NCBI GenBank assembly: GCA_030704615.1
Contig: CM060732.1
Span: 82,894,001-82,958,000, forward strand
Source: Takakia lepidozioides
Lineage: Eukaryota > Plantae > Bryophyta
Direction of reading: 5' to 3'
DNA: 64,000 nucleotides
In this document: positions 27,801 through 41,700 of the stretch, one piece after another
How the letters are laid out: the number at the start of each line of letters is the position of its first letter
How positions within the stretch are numbered: position 1 is the first letter of the stretch
The notes under the pieces: model-generated
The model's input: the letters and a program-made list of their open reading frames with translations, nothing else
Database searches by the model: none
Told to the model about the DNA's origin: nothing
Made by a program: the position numbers and the translations under genes

Positions 27801-29735
27801 GGGGCTTTGGACACCTGAAAGCAAATGATGGGGAAAGGGGTGAAGGTACCTTCTTCAACATATTTCACCCTGTTTTCCCTGCTAGTGTGTGCTTTGACAA
27901 TTCTAGGCTGTCATTGTTAGCTGCTAGCAGCAAGGCGAGGATGTATGCATGATTTGTGCAGAGGCATCGATAGCTGAAGGAGCAGGGATTTCGTGTGGGT
28001 CCAGATTCATCCAAGAGGGCCAGATTTCAAGCACAAGATTACCTGTGATTCCCTGTGGATCAATAGCTACAAGAAACCTGCATGGGTAGATGGTCAACTG
28101 GCAGCAGCGGCAGTGATAAAATCAGGCACTGCTAATGAAGGCATCTTCTTCAACACATTTCACCCTGTTTTTCCCTCTTATCAGAATCGGCCCTAAATTT
28201 TCATGTTCAATTCTGCAAGTTAGCTGGTTGAGTGAATCTAGTTTGGAGTGACTTTGACATGATACTGCCAATGTGACAACAAGAAAGTGTCAAAAAACAG
28301 GTAATAGAGATGAGGAGAAGTTGTGGAATGAATACTTATCTGAGCCCAGTCACTGATGGGTCAACCGGGGCAGAAAGGTGAATGCCTGCTACATTTCAGA
28401 GAGCAGCAGATACAATTCAGATAGGAACTAGTGTGCTACGCTGAGTTGGGTGTTTCCTAGAACAAATATAGGATGTCATTGTCAATTGCTAGCAGGAAGG
28501 CAAGGATGAATGCTTGATTTGTGCAGAGGCGTGGATAGCTGAAGGAGTAGAGATAGAATGTGGGTGACGTAGGGTGCTGGGCAATGGGCAAGACATCTTT
28601 GTATAAACGTGAGTGACCTTCCTATCCTCCTGGCTCTCATTTTTCGTGCATGTTTCTTTGTGAAGTATCTGACGACTTCGCCAACACACCAACCTTTTTG
28701 CTTTGGTTTGTTTACGAGTCCATGGGATAGAAGTTACCATAAACAACACTGGCATTGGTTTTTCATATATGGTATTAGATAATTCTCTTAATTGTTTTCG
28801 CCTTGGCAGGTTGCTCAGTGACCTTCCCTGGACGCTTTGGAGTATAGCGAGTGAGTGTCTCACAATGCAATGTTGGTTGGCGCATCTTATGCAAGAACTT
28901 GGAAAAGAAACAGATGTCCTTGTTGTAATAATTCTTAAAGACATGCAAGCCTTAGTTTTTGATGGGTTGCAGATTGATGGAATACATAAGTAGTTAGAAG
29001 ATTATGGGTGAACACTTTTCAAAGTGTTATAGTTAGACAATTAATTCACATGAGAACATGTGACAATTTTATGTATTTTTAGATCGCGACAAAAATGATA
29101 ATGATAAATATTGGTAAATAGAGATGGTGTACAATCTCTTGGTTTTGCTCAGCTTGTTGCAGATATGTCTTGCTGCTTTGTTCTCTTTATATTATATATT
29201 ATATTTCATTGTTGTAATAGACATGTATATGACTACTATCATAGTCATAATAATGACTACATCTATTTTCACTCTCCAATAGTACTACACCACGTGGCAG
29301 AATTACAAATATGTAAAAAAATAGCAATACACCCAAAAAACACCCATCATGACACATGTCAATCTGCTGAGGGACCACGTGTAAAAACTGCAACGCGCCA
29401 CGTGTTGCAACCGGATTAGCACACCTGTAGTCTTAGTTCGCAGTCATGGAGAACGAACACTTTGCCACGTGTCATTTCCTGTATCGAGCACGTGTCACTC
29501 TTGCACAGCCGCTGACATGGACTAACTGTCCGTTCAGTCATTCAGTAAAGCCAACGTGTATGACTACCCCCACAGCTGCTCAGGCGCCACGTCACAGCCA
29601 GCCTGGAGAGTCATATCTGCCATGTCACAACTGACTAGGGTTTTACGTCTTCAGAGTCAGGAAGTCGTAAATGGCTTCCATGACTGCATTTGCAGTCATA
29701 ACACAGAGACGTAAAAGCCGCAATCTGTTGTAGTG

Positions 29736-29942
29736 GAAGGCTTCCTGAGAGCGGAAGCAAGAGGCCACAAATTATCAGAAAGATTCCTAATTTTGAGATC
29801 ATCTAGCTTATGTTCCTGCAGAAAGACAATGGCATTAGTTGAAATAAGGGGAGCTAGCCATGCTCTCAGCCTAATTTTCTTGAGGGCTGAGTGGTTGGAG
29901 CCAATACCCCCTTATATTCCATGAGGAAAAACTAACCAGCAT
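29736..29942 (-). pseudogene. LINE ORF2 start (endonuclease N-terminus)
   Basis: ATG at 29942: MLVSFSSWNIRG...IVFLQEHKL. It rejoins SEGSRGG..TILLSP at 24915 once the CACTA is removed. Confidence 0.88.
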
Positions 29943-32900
29943 CTTGTGGGTGTGTCAGGCTGAGCGGGAAGGACTCAAATGATGGCCTGTCTGAATGGAA
30001 ATGGAACTTAGTTCTTTTGTTAGAAGTCAATAGGGTTGTCTTCCAGAAGTGATTGTTTGGGGCTGCATTTACTGGCTTATCCAATTCTATGGCCATGATA
30101 AGGGTGCTCTGGCTATCTTGGTAGAATGAGTCATCCCCCGGGAGAGGTTGAATCTTTGAGCAGGGCATCCACGATGTGCGCACCACCCTAGGTCTACCCG
30201 AAAGTTGCATGAAAAAATCCGAGATAAGAATAAGTTTGAGAGGATCTGGTGTGGCCAGGGGAAGAGGTCCCGATCCTGCTCCAAAATACATCAAAAAGTC
30301 TCCATCTGATAGAGAGTAGGAAATTGAGGGAAGAATTTTCCAGCCACTTGGCAAGGGTGACCTGGTTCTAAGGCACAACACGTTACCTTTGTTGGGGTTT
30401 AAGGGAGATGGGTAGAAAATAAGGAAGGGAATAACAATAGGGAGGCCACTCACCGGGTAATGGGGGGCGACAGGGAGGGAGACCGGTGGAGCCGGAGTTG
30501 GTGATGGCAAGAGCGTGGCGGCCGGGGGTGACAAGTCCGACGGAGCCCTTGCACCCGCATCTGGTCCAGGTGATGAGTAGGGGGGCTGAGGCCGAGCCTG
30601 TTGCTGCTGATATCCTGTGGGGCTTCCCGGATCAGCTCGAACAATGTCCTAGACTGGTCCCTGGTACTCTTGGATTCTCTGGCCCTGAAAATCCTCATTC
30701 TCTTGCACCTCTTCCGATTCCATAAGGGCCTAGAGCAAGGCAAAGCCATTGCGCATTATGTCTCTGGCTCTGATATTGAGGGCCCGACAAGAAGAGGAAG
30801 GCTGGATCCATCTCCCTTCCTGCATCTTTTGGATAACTAGCAGGTCCGACTCCTCCATGAGGGCTAGAATTTGGGTAGATGGCGAAAGGTTAACCCCTAG
30901 AGCAGGATGGTCCTCAATGTAAGTGCCCCAAGTGACCTGAGCAGTGGCTGGGAGCACATAGTGAGGAAACTTAGAATGAAGAAAAGAGTTGATCTTGTTT
31001 CTGAGAGTGGGGATTGGACTACAGTCAATGGGAGATTTGGCCATGAAAATAGATGGATTCAAAACTGACAGCGTTGCCCTCCGTGGCAAGGAAGGCAGGA
31101 GCTAGGGATCTGTGGAAGATCAATGGTGTCACACAGGTCGCTTTGGGTAGGACAAAGAAACTATGGCTGAAGAGCCCGGAAGGGACAGAGCGGGGAAGGA
31201 ATGAAGACTGGTGCAAATTCTGGCTATGACTGGATTGTAGGCTAGCGGAGAGATGAAGGGAGCTTCTGGGCAGTGCTGGATCATTACCAAAAAGGGGTGC
31301 TGGGGGCCTGGAGGGGATGTTGCTCATATCATCTTGCCTGATGTTTCTTGCCAGTGGATCAAGTCCTTCCCTGTTGCGAATCACCAAGGAAACATTGTCA
31401 ATGGCCTCCAAAAGCATGGGGTCTTGCGAGGCTGACCGCTTGTTGTGATTTGGTGGCTGAGCATGACCAGAGGCCGGAGGAACCCATTCTGGCAGGTCTC
31501 TGTCACCTGCATTCGATGCCGGTGCGTGTCTTGGGAGAAGACAGGGGACTTCCCCTTCGGATCATAGAAATGCCTTTGAAGGGGGGCGGCAGGTTGATGA
31601 TCTGCCCCTAACGGGCACTACAAGAGATGAGCGTTTTTAGGACTACGGGTTTGGCGGAGTCATAAAAACTGCACTAGGTACATGACTACAGAGCGCTGAA
31701 ATGCATTACAGTTTTAGTTTTATGACTTTGTAGTAATGGATATCACTACATGACTCCAGAAAGTTAGGGAGCATTGGTCAAACATTGTTGACCATGATGA
31801 CAGGGATGGTTTATATGACTAGTGTGATATGTTTGACTACACGTGGACGACGTTTCATGGAATCTTATGACTCCATGACTGAAGATGGTTTCAGAGCTCT
31901 ATTTATACGACTACATCACTACACGTGTCATTTTGAAGGCACATATAATGCAAATAAGGTTGCCCATTAGTGTAATCGTGAACAGAAAGGAGGGCTGGGA
32001 CTTGGCGTCTTTTTGTCTCCTGCGCCACACCACATAGCTGAGGATGGAACGCGATGATAGCAGGATATGCAGGGGCGTGGGATGGAGGCGTTGAGCAAAT
32101 GATGCACGAAGGAGAAGAGGAGGAGGAGACGAGACGAGGACAAGCGAGCTCGCCGTTCTTGGGAGAGTCAGCTTGGTCTTAGCAAGCGTGTTCAATCTCT
32201 GACTACTCATCTACGCCGTAGTGGTTCGATCTGACAGACCAATCCGACATTACCTGACTACAGACACAAGCAACACACACAAGAGGTCATCGGTCAAATC
32301 CTCCATGGGTCAGACAGTCAAGGACAATGTGGTAGGGCACCTTCTTCTTCAACCTATTTCAGCCTGTGTTGCCCTCTCATCAGACTCGGCCGCAAGATGC
32401 ATATTGAATTCTGTAAGTTAGGTCGTTGGGTAGATCTGTGGTGGTTTGGAGTGACTTTGGCAAGTTACTGCCAGTGTGGCAGCAGGGAAGTATCCAAAAA
32501 CATATAATAGAGGTGAGGAGAAGCGTGGGGTGAACACTTTCCGACCCAATGGTGGGACAATGGAGACAAAAAGGCGAATGCCTGTTGGACTACAGAGAGA
32601 AGCAGATGCATTTCAGATTGTGATAAGTAGGGTTGGGGTGTTTTGGGGAAGAACTCCACACCAGTATGGTTGGGGTGTTTGCTGGTAGAATTGTAGGCTG
32701 TCAGAGGCATGGATAGCTGAAGGAGCAGGGATAGAGTGTGGGTCCACATTCATCCAAGAGGGCTGGATTTCAAGCTCCACATTACCTATGATTCCCTGTG
32801 GAAGGATAGGTACAAGAAACCTACATGGGTAGATGGTCAAAACTGGAAGCGACATGCTGTACTATATGTCAATTTACTGTACTATATGTTCATTCAGAAC

Positions 32901-32974
32901 TGTCATTGTTGGTCCATGTGTTTTACAACAATGCTATCAATATAAGACTCCTGGTTCGCATTGGAAGCTCAATC

Positions 32975-33800
32975 CCTGCAAGCAATTGTGTGTGAAGCTC
33001 AAACTTGTGATTTGAAGGATCTTGTAGCCAAGTTCATTCAACCGGAAAGGAAAAATTCTGAAAGCTCCCAAATTTGATGTGGGCAAGCTTATGGAGGTAA
33101 GACTTAGCTTCCCTCCTCTAATGTAAGTGTTGGATAAGTTTCATTTAGTGTCGACCTTCACTGCATATATTGGCTCTTTTCTTGGCTTTTCATTGGCTGG
33201 TATGCTGTTGGTTGGCTTCTTTCATTTCACGTGTGTAGTGGAAGGGGAGAAGTACTTTCCTAAGTTCTGCTGCAACAATGTCTTTTTCCAGCCTAGATGT
33301 TTTTCGATGGATACAAATTGAAGTGCTTTGAATGTTGCTGCAATACTATAATAAAGTGGAGGGTGCTGAATGCAGTTGGCCTTGCTTCGTGCAGGCATAA
33401 TCCAGGGAAATGTGGACATAGCTGAAACCCCATGATAGCATTTCCAGAGGACGGTTTGATGGCCTCACAATCCAGCATGCAAAATCCATGACAATTGAAG
33501 CTGGCTGAATGGGGGAACAGTTAAGTGGCGAACACGCCACGTCACTGGTACATAGTTGCATGCTTACATAGTACATGAAAGCGTACTATATTCATTCCCG
33601 AAATTGACCATGTTGGTCCATGTATTTTACAACAATGCTATCAATAAAAGACCAATGGTTCGCATTGGAAACTCTATCCCCGTAAGTGGCTTGTGCGTGA
33701 TGCTCAAACTTGTGATTTGAAGGATCTTATACCCCAGTTCATTGCAGAGGTCATTGGAAAACAATTGAGAAGGCAACAGCCGTTATCTATAATCTACAGA
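32975..33800 (+). pseudogene. RPS3A: Two captured fragments of 40S ribosomal protein S3a (eS1)
   Basis: QAIVCEAQTCDLKDLVAKFI..KILKAPKFDVGKLME followed by a GT donor (about 32978-33096), and VRDAQTCDLKDLIPQFIAEVIGK (about 33693-33765). Confidence 0.88.
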
Positions 33801-34186
33801 TCCCCTTCATTCATGTGGAAGCCGGCCGCTGGAGGTTCTAGTCTCACTTTCACTCATCTAATGTCAGTGTTGTATCCATTGCAATGTGGAGATGTTTGAA
33901 ACAACATTGGAGCATTTCCAGAGGATGGTCTGGATGGCCTTTCGTGCGTGTGCCGAATCCATGGCAAGAAAAACATTGCAGGCAGAACCCATGGCAATGG
34001 TACCAGCACGGGTTGGTCCAAGCCAATTGCAACAACAAATGAATAAGGGTTTGAAAGGAAAGCACTCCATAATTGATCATAAAATCCAGTGTCCAAGCAT
34101 GATATCTTAATGGGAATGCGAAGGGAGTGTTACCACCTTAAACTATCATGCATGGTCTATAACTGGAGTGCACAAATCGCGCATAT

Positions 34187-37100
34187 CTAATCTTCATCAT
34201 CCTCATCTATGTCTGGGTCACTACATGTATCACTGTCTTCATCACAGACTTCATCTTCTCCAAGGGTTGGCTGAACATCATCACCACGTATACGGGGTGC
34301 TCGGAGGTACAAGGAGGCCACCTGCTCTGGAGTAACCGGTACCACCGCTCGGCTGCATGTTGGGCCATCAGTAACCACAGTCTCCTCTAGTCTTTGTGGG
34401 GCTAACAATCCTTCCACTTCCGCCACATCATCATTATCAATTGATATGTCGCAGACCACTCTACGTGTCTGGGGCTCTTCTCCAGGACGACTTTCCACCC
34501 CGGCTCCTTCACACAATCAGAAAAAAACACTTGATCAACCTGGCCAGGAAACACAAAAGGTTGCTCAGAAGGTGGAAGCATACGGTTAAAATTGACAAGT
34601 GTGAAGCCAGCATCATCCTGCTTCATTGACATAGGTTGACGACCCACGCGACTCGCCCGTACCCACGAACACAAAAACACTATAGGCTGTGTTTGGCCAT
34701 AGTCAATTTGCAAAATCTCCCTTATAAGACCCACATATCTTGTAGGTTCCTCCATGTCATTGCCTGAATTGTTGGTAATGGGCTGGTGCTGGAAAACAGA
34801 TGAGACTCCACAATCAAAAGACACCATACTTGTTGTGTTCATGTCGGGGGATGTAACCCTGTAATGGTTACCATACGCTGTCATACTCTTGAATGACAGG
34901 GCAGTAAATGATGGAGGCCTTGAAAGATCCAGTAATTCCTCACGTGTTGTAGGATCAAGCCCATCTGATTGAATGAGAGATGATCCCGTACACCTTGAGG
35001 GAGCCAAACAGCAAATGGAGGACAAGGATGCAAATCAGGAGGGTACTGAATTGCCGTGGGATTGCTCATGCCTTCCAGCCCTTGCTCCTCACGAAACAAG
35101 CGTCGTCTGGCTTCTATCCGTGTGGACTCTGCTTCATATATCCTGTCACAATCCGAGGGTCAGCCAGGAGATTGACAGAGGTGGCGTGGGAGATTTGAAA
35201 AGACGCCATATGCCAACTAATGATAAATGACTAAAACTTGGAAATCTGAATGTCAATGAAGTAGATTTCTTACCCCAACATGACTGATAGACGAGGATGG
35301 TTCTGAATGATGTACTCATGTACAATATCATACAGGTCATTCAATTTTGGGCTTTAGAACTTCCTTCCACAACTTCACGTTCCACAGATTCTGCCTCATC
35401 TGCATCCCACACCCTTCGTACACTTCCATCAAATCCTGCCATATACTCTGTGCAAAAACCCAATGCTTCTTCAAATTGGTATCCTTCTGCCATGCTTCCC
35501 TCGGGCCTTGCCATGTTTCTTACGTAGCCCTTCATATCTTTCATTGCCCGCTCCATGGGGTACATCCAACGAGATGCTACGGGCCCGCATAAGTACAACT
35601 CATCCACTAGGTGAACAACCAGATGTGTCATCACATCAAAAAATGATGGTGGGAACTCCTTCTCTATAAGACACAGAGTGAGAACTGCTTCAGTTCTCAA
35701 TTCCTCATACTCTACAGGATTCACCACTTTTGCACACAACTTCTTAAATACACGACATACTCGCAAAATGGCCTTTCGAGGACCACTTGGCATGAGCCCA
35801 CGGATAGCAAGCGGTATAATTTGCTGCATGAGCACATGATAGTCATGTGATTTCATGCCTGACAACTTCTTCTTCACCACATGTTTTTTGAAAGCTGATG
35901 CGTAGCCTGTTGGCACTTTCAAGTTCTGCACAATCTCCAGAAAGACTTGTAACTCAGCCTCAGTGAGGACATAAGGGGCAGGAGGCATAATTAACGTATC
36001 TGCTCTGTCAGGATCACGTTGTAGCCACAATTCCGGGCGCATCCCAAGTAGCTCCAAATCACGGCGAACTTTCAATGTGTCTTTCTCACCAAAGATAGTT
36101 TTAATAATATTTTCAGCCAAGTTCTTCTCGCAATGCATTGCGTCAAACGTGTGGCGGATGAGGAGACCCTACAAAATGAACACATAAGCAATTGAGCATT
36201 TACTCATCACAATTTAAACAGAAAACGCAAAAATGTACACAGCCAATTTAAAGGCCATGAAGGAATTACCTCCCAATAAGGTAAGACATATAAAATTGAC
36301 AATCGCTTAACTCCATGAGTTTTTGCTGGGTCTGTCCTGCTATCTGGCGTCCCTCCGTTTTCCACCCATGCAGTGCGAGCTGTTGCAAGGTCCTTGATTT
36401 GTGTTCCAGTCTGCGTTTTTGGAGGAGTTCCATGCTCAGTAGCGCCATTGAACATTCTTGACCTTCTATATGGATGATTGCGGGCCAAAAATCTTCGGTG
36501 GCCTAGGAAAACAATTTTCCACATGTGTGTAACTGCTGTGAAGTCACCCCGGGTCCACAAGCTGGACAACCAGCATAACCTTTCGTCACTTGACCTGAGA
36601 GCAAGCCATATGCAGGGTAGTCATGGATTGACCACATCAACACTGCCCTCAGTGTGAATTCGCGTTGACCACGAGGACGGGAAACATCATGAGCTGCAAT
36701 CCCTCTCCATAGTTCCAATAGCTCTTCCACTAGGGGCATCAGGTAAACATCTACGTTGTCCGAGGTAACAGACTCCTTACCAGGAATCAGTAGCGCTAAC
36801 ATGACAAAGAACTTTTTGGTCATTAACCACGGAGGCAGATTGTAATTGACCAAGAGAACGGGCCATGTGCTCCAACTTGTGGATTGAGCTCCGTAGGGAT
36901 TTACACCGTCTAAGGCCAATCCAAATCGCAGAGATCGTGGCTCTGCAGCAAAATCCGCAAATGTGGTGTCAATGTGTCTCCATGCTTTGCTATCAGCTGG
37001 ATGTCGAACCAACCCATCCTGGCTCTTATGTCTGTCGTGCCATGTCATGAGGTTAGCGATCGATTTACATCGGTACATACGTTTCAACCTTGGAATGACA

Positions 37101-38216
37101 GGGAAGTGTCGCAATACTTTCTTGGGCACACTTCCACGACCTGGAATGTAACGGGAACTGCGGCACACTGGGCAAATGTCTACATTCTCATACTCCCCAC
37201 GGAAGAGTACACAACCACGCTCACAGGCATGAATCATCGTGTACTGCAATCCCATCTTGGCAATCATGGTTTTTGCTTCATAGTGAGTTTTCGGCAATGA
37301 ATTCTCTTTAGGCAAAAAACTCTTACGCAACAATCCCAGAAGCTCATCCACAAATGCATTGGTGCACTTGTGGGTAGTGCATGCGTTCAGCAACGTCAAA
37401 GTTGCTTGCAGCCGGCTGATGGAGCACCCTTCAAAAAGTGGACATTGCGACTGTCGGAAGAGTTTATCATACTCGGGATCAACGTGCAGGTGAGCATTCT
37501 CATCAAATTCATTGTCTCCGGAATCGTCGAGATCATCGTCATGATCGGCAAATGTGTGATCGGTTCCACCATGAATGGGGTCCTCTCTGTTTGCATCTGC
37601 AAAGAGAAACGCTTCCTGCAATGCACGCTGCATTTCTACCTCCAATCCACCACTCTCATCTGCGTTCTCTGTGACATTGGGCTCCCGCTGTGCCGCAGGG
37701 CCTTCGTCTTCATCATCTGAATATTCACATCCCTGCATCCCAATAGTCATCTTGTGAGTGGACCAACAACGATGTGACACTTGTTCATATTATGAACATA
37801 TATGACTACATGACTACACATGACCAATGAAAACACGACATGTGCATTAATTAAAGTGATAACGGAAGTGGCGTAGTCATACTCACGTCTGTATCTTATG
37901 ACTTCTTGACTACAATCACCCAACGAAATGTCGACATGTGGAGAAGAGGATCGTTGCATTCAAAATTCAAACTAAAGTGCTGAAGGGAAAGTGGCGATCT
38001 TACCGGAAGAGAACAGCGTTGGAGAAGAGGATCCCTCCCGTGTATCATGTAATGATTCCTCACTGTTTCCAACAAGAGTACTTTTCCTCCATGACACTCA
38101 TCGCAGTTGCATAGCATTTTTGTATGCCCATTCCTTGTGGCATAAGCTTCTTCCATTCGCCATAGACGGTCATCTATTCTACGCCTACGCATCCGTTCGC
38201 CACCTGCACTGTACAT
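34187..38216 (-). pseudogene. CACTA TnpD-type transposase, spliced, with frameshift/deletion
   Basis: MLCNCDECH..VRNHYMIHG (transposase-associated domain), IHACERGCVLF..CPVC..RY, HPADSKAWRHID, LALDGVNPY, WPVLLVNYNLPP, IHDYPAYGLLSG, FDAMHCEKN, GMKSHDYHVLMQ, WMYPMER, RPEGSMAEGY, YVGLIREI..FLCSW and QPFVFPGQVDQVFF. Confidence 0.95.
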
Positions 38217-38799
38217 GCTTTGAACGTCACCCCTTCCCTCTTTGCATGCTACGCACAGTGCATTGTCTCTAGTTTTGCACCAGCTGCCAATGTGCTATTT
38301 CTATATCTATAGTATACTATAAGTATCGTTTCTGAGTGTCCATGGTGAAGCGGAAGGTCTTCGAAGTGACAGTCCCTCTCACTGAGTACGAGAAGTTCCG
38401 AGAGCGCCGGATTGCTGCCATAAAGGAGGTGGAAGCAACGTTCAAGCAGTCGATAGATGGGTGAGTTTAGTTCCTGACTTTGGATACCCACCCACTAAAC
38501 TTGCGATTTGCCTTATCCTCTAACCTTCCTACAGCGATCATAAGCTTCATAGCACAAATGGGGGCGAGTAGCTGCGACTTGTACAAACAGAGAGGCAAAC
38601 AACATGCAGTGAGTGACGATTAGGTTTGAGGAGGGTGTGTCATTAGGCGGGAGATGTCCGCCGTCATTCGTGGGCAGGCATTACGTCCTGGTAGGGTGCG
38701 GCTGTGGTTCAGCGTAGGCTTAAGAGTATTAGGGTATGTATGCTTACATTTGTTTGTGATTGTTTGACGAGGGAGGTATGGAGAGTATTTGTGCAGGGC

Positions 38800-41700
38800 T
38801 TGCGGGAGCGAATCGCCATCGCAAGCACGCGCTCCGAAGGAAAAAGGTAGGGATCAAGGTCCTGCAAGGCAAAGTGCCGACTGAAGACGATGAAGACTAC
38901 GATTCTGCATGAGGGCTCTTCTGAGGACGATGAGGACGATCCCCTCTCCCACGCCAGTGCGAGGCAAGTGCGTCGTCGGCGGATGCCACGGCAAGCCGAG
39001 GAGAACATGCCCATGCTCATGTCGCAGGACAAAAACGCCCATCATCTACACTACGAACACCTTCTCCGTCTGTGAGTTATAGTTTTCACAATGACCATGA
39101 TTCTAATTATATATGTTTTTGGTAAAATCACGAAAGAAGATAGGGTATGTCTGTCAAGACAGGGAAGTTGGACAATGCAGGGGTCAGCCAAGGCACAATC
39201 ACAAATGATTTCCACTAGACAAGTTGAAGTGCCAAAGGCATGATGTCAGGCCAATGTAGACTTCAGGTGTGTTCAAATTATTTGCCCCATGAAACCAACG
39301 TCCTGGTACTAAGCTACAATGGCTACTTATAGAGATACTTGGGTTACTTATGCACCCAGAATATCAGTAAAACTTGGAGGGATACTTCTCATGGACCCAT
39401 TAGGTTTGTCCATTTGAATTCTTGCTATGGATTTCACGAACACCCCATACCTAAGAGGGCTCAAAAATGTACTGGGAGGACATCATTGGGGCCAATCAAA
39501 TTTGGGAGATTTACTGCCCAAGATCATACTGAGTTTTGGGTAATCTTGTCTTACAAATGATATGTGCTTCCAGTTTGTTTTGCCTGAATTCAAGGATTTG
39601 CTGCTTGCTGCCTATATGTATGTGTAATCACCCACATTGTACTGGGGGAATTTCTTTTCAGGGCAAGCACAAGCGCACTGGATCCACGATCCCTGCTGCT
39701 AGCAATGGAGATGGTGCCCACAAGAACGTAGGAGGTGGCCTAACTCTCCAACGTTGTGGGTTCTGTGCCACCAGTACCCCCACCTTATTATGGTATGCCT
39801 CAGTACCCACAGTCTGGCACTCAGTATGGTCAGGGTCAATATGGTGCTCCTCCATATGGGCAGTATGGCCAGTATCCTCCCCCACCATATTGCCCACCCC
39901 CTAATAGCTATGGGGGTGGCAGGCCATCGGAATATCCTCCTGCTTATGGACAGTATGGCCAGTATGGTCCTCGGCCTTCTGGCCAACAACCATGGCCACC
40001 AGTCCCTACTTGGCAGGATCCTGGATTCTCCTGAGCGCACGGAGGTCTCTGAAGGAGGGGAGGGTGTTGTTTCAAAGAATGATAGAACCAATGCTTTAAG
40101 GAGGGCTAATAGCTCAGCCAAAATTGAAGCTGCCAAGGTCAAGGAAGAGAGAATAGCTGCAGGTTTCCTCCCACGGTGATTTTGACGAACCTCAAAGGAG
40201 CCCCGTATGGTCAGACCCGGAATGTATGGCACGCTGCCCTTAAAGGACAGGCTTATCGCAAGCTAGATTGTTCCCTTGCCATCAACAACCAACCTGATGA
40301 AGTTGTATACGAAATCAGAGATCACCTGGCTAAGCTATTTTCATATACGCCGCACGAGTTAAAAGACTTCCACCTAAAACAAACAATTAGCAGAATAATG
40401 AAGAGCCAGCATTATGAAGCACACACTGCGTGGTTGGGTGGTAAGGGGAAACCCATTACTGTATCTGACGAGGTATGGAAACAAGTTGTAAGTTACTGGC
40501 AGACAGAGGTGTTCCACAAAGTGTCGGGCAACATGAAGAAGACAAATGGTGCAATTCTGAATCCTACCAAGACTGGCCGTGGGGGAAGGCAATGGTGGAA
40601 GCACGCTTGGTAAGTGGCATCATCAGGACTCTGTATTTTGTTCCTCATTGAATTGCTATGTGTATATAGTCAGCCCTCACATTGCTTACTGACTTGTGGC
40701 ATGGGTTTGTTTGTGGCATGGATTAATTTGTAGGAAACACTATCAGGGTGCCCTCCTACATTATATGAAATTCAAGAGGGTTCAGTGTCACGGTTGTCAG
40801 CTGGGAGTGACAGGGGGGTAAGTGTGTTTTCCACGTTTGCTAGAGTGGTTGCTGCATCATAGGTTGCTAGGGTTTTTTTCACGGCTTTTGGCCAGGGTTT
40901 TCTTTCCAATGGTTGTTCATGCTAGGTTTTTTTGGGTTTGATTCATACTTGGGCAAGTTTTCATGGATTGGCAGGAGGGAAAAGTCTCGCATATTCTACA
41001 GTAGTTGGCAGGATGGATGGCTTGGACAAACGGTGGAATCACAAGGACGTGACATGGAAGAATTAAAATTACAGATGCAGAGTATGAATGAGTACCAGAA
41101 AGCCATTGTGACGAGATTGGGGGTTAATCTACCAGGCGCACGACCAGTGACATCTATGATGGATACGTCTACTGTGACAGTATCAAAATGTTTGGAATCC
41201 CAATTTCAGACGGTAACTGGTGCTCACTCTAAGCCCTTATGTCTTCCTGTCACTGATGCTTTTGAATTTGACCGAGCAGCAGCATGATACAGGGAAGGCC
41301 AGCTGTGAGGTACACGTGGAAATCAGCCTTTGCCACGTACAAAGGCAGTAGCAGTCCAGGGGGCAATGGTGACAGAGTGGCCGGGCACACCGGATTCTGG
41401 TATGCAGGTATGTGGGAGTTTAGATGGGGAGGAAGATGCAGACGGGGACAAAACAACAAGCAGGTTGCTTTAATTTCTCCTGCTCACATGTTGAAGCCAA
41501 ATGTCAGTTTACTTCCTGGACCAACGAGCAAGCATTTACTAATTCTGGACTTAAATGGTCTGTTATGTGAATCTTTTCATTCTGCTAATGGGCCTGCATC
41601 CTTCCCAAAGGTTTTGTGGGGAAGATGTGTGCAAGAAGATGGTAGTTTTGAGACCACTGTTATGACTTTTTGCAAAAGTGTTTTGAACACTTTGAGGTGG

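Larger units (their letters stand above)
24916..29735. mobile_element. Non-autonomous CACTA element carrying host gene fragments (Pack-CACTA)
   Basis: Perfect 24-bp TIR CACTACAACAGATTGCGGCTTTTA at both ends, 3-bp TSD GAA (24913-15 and 29736-38), subterminal atgact/cacgtg repeats, and no transposase. Confidence 0.95.
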
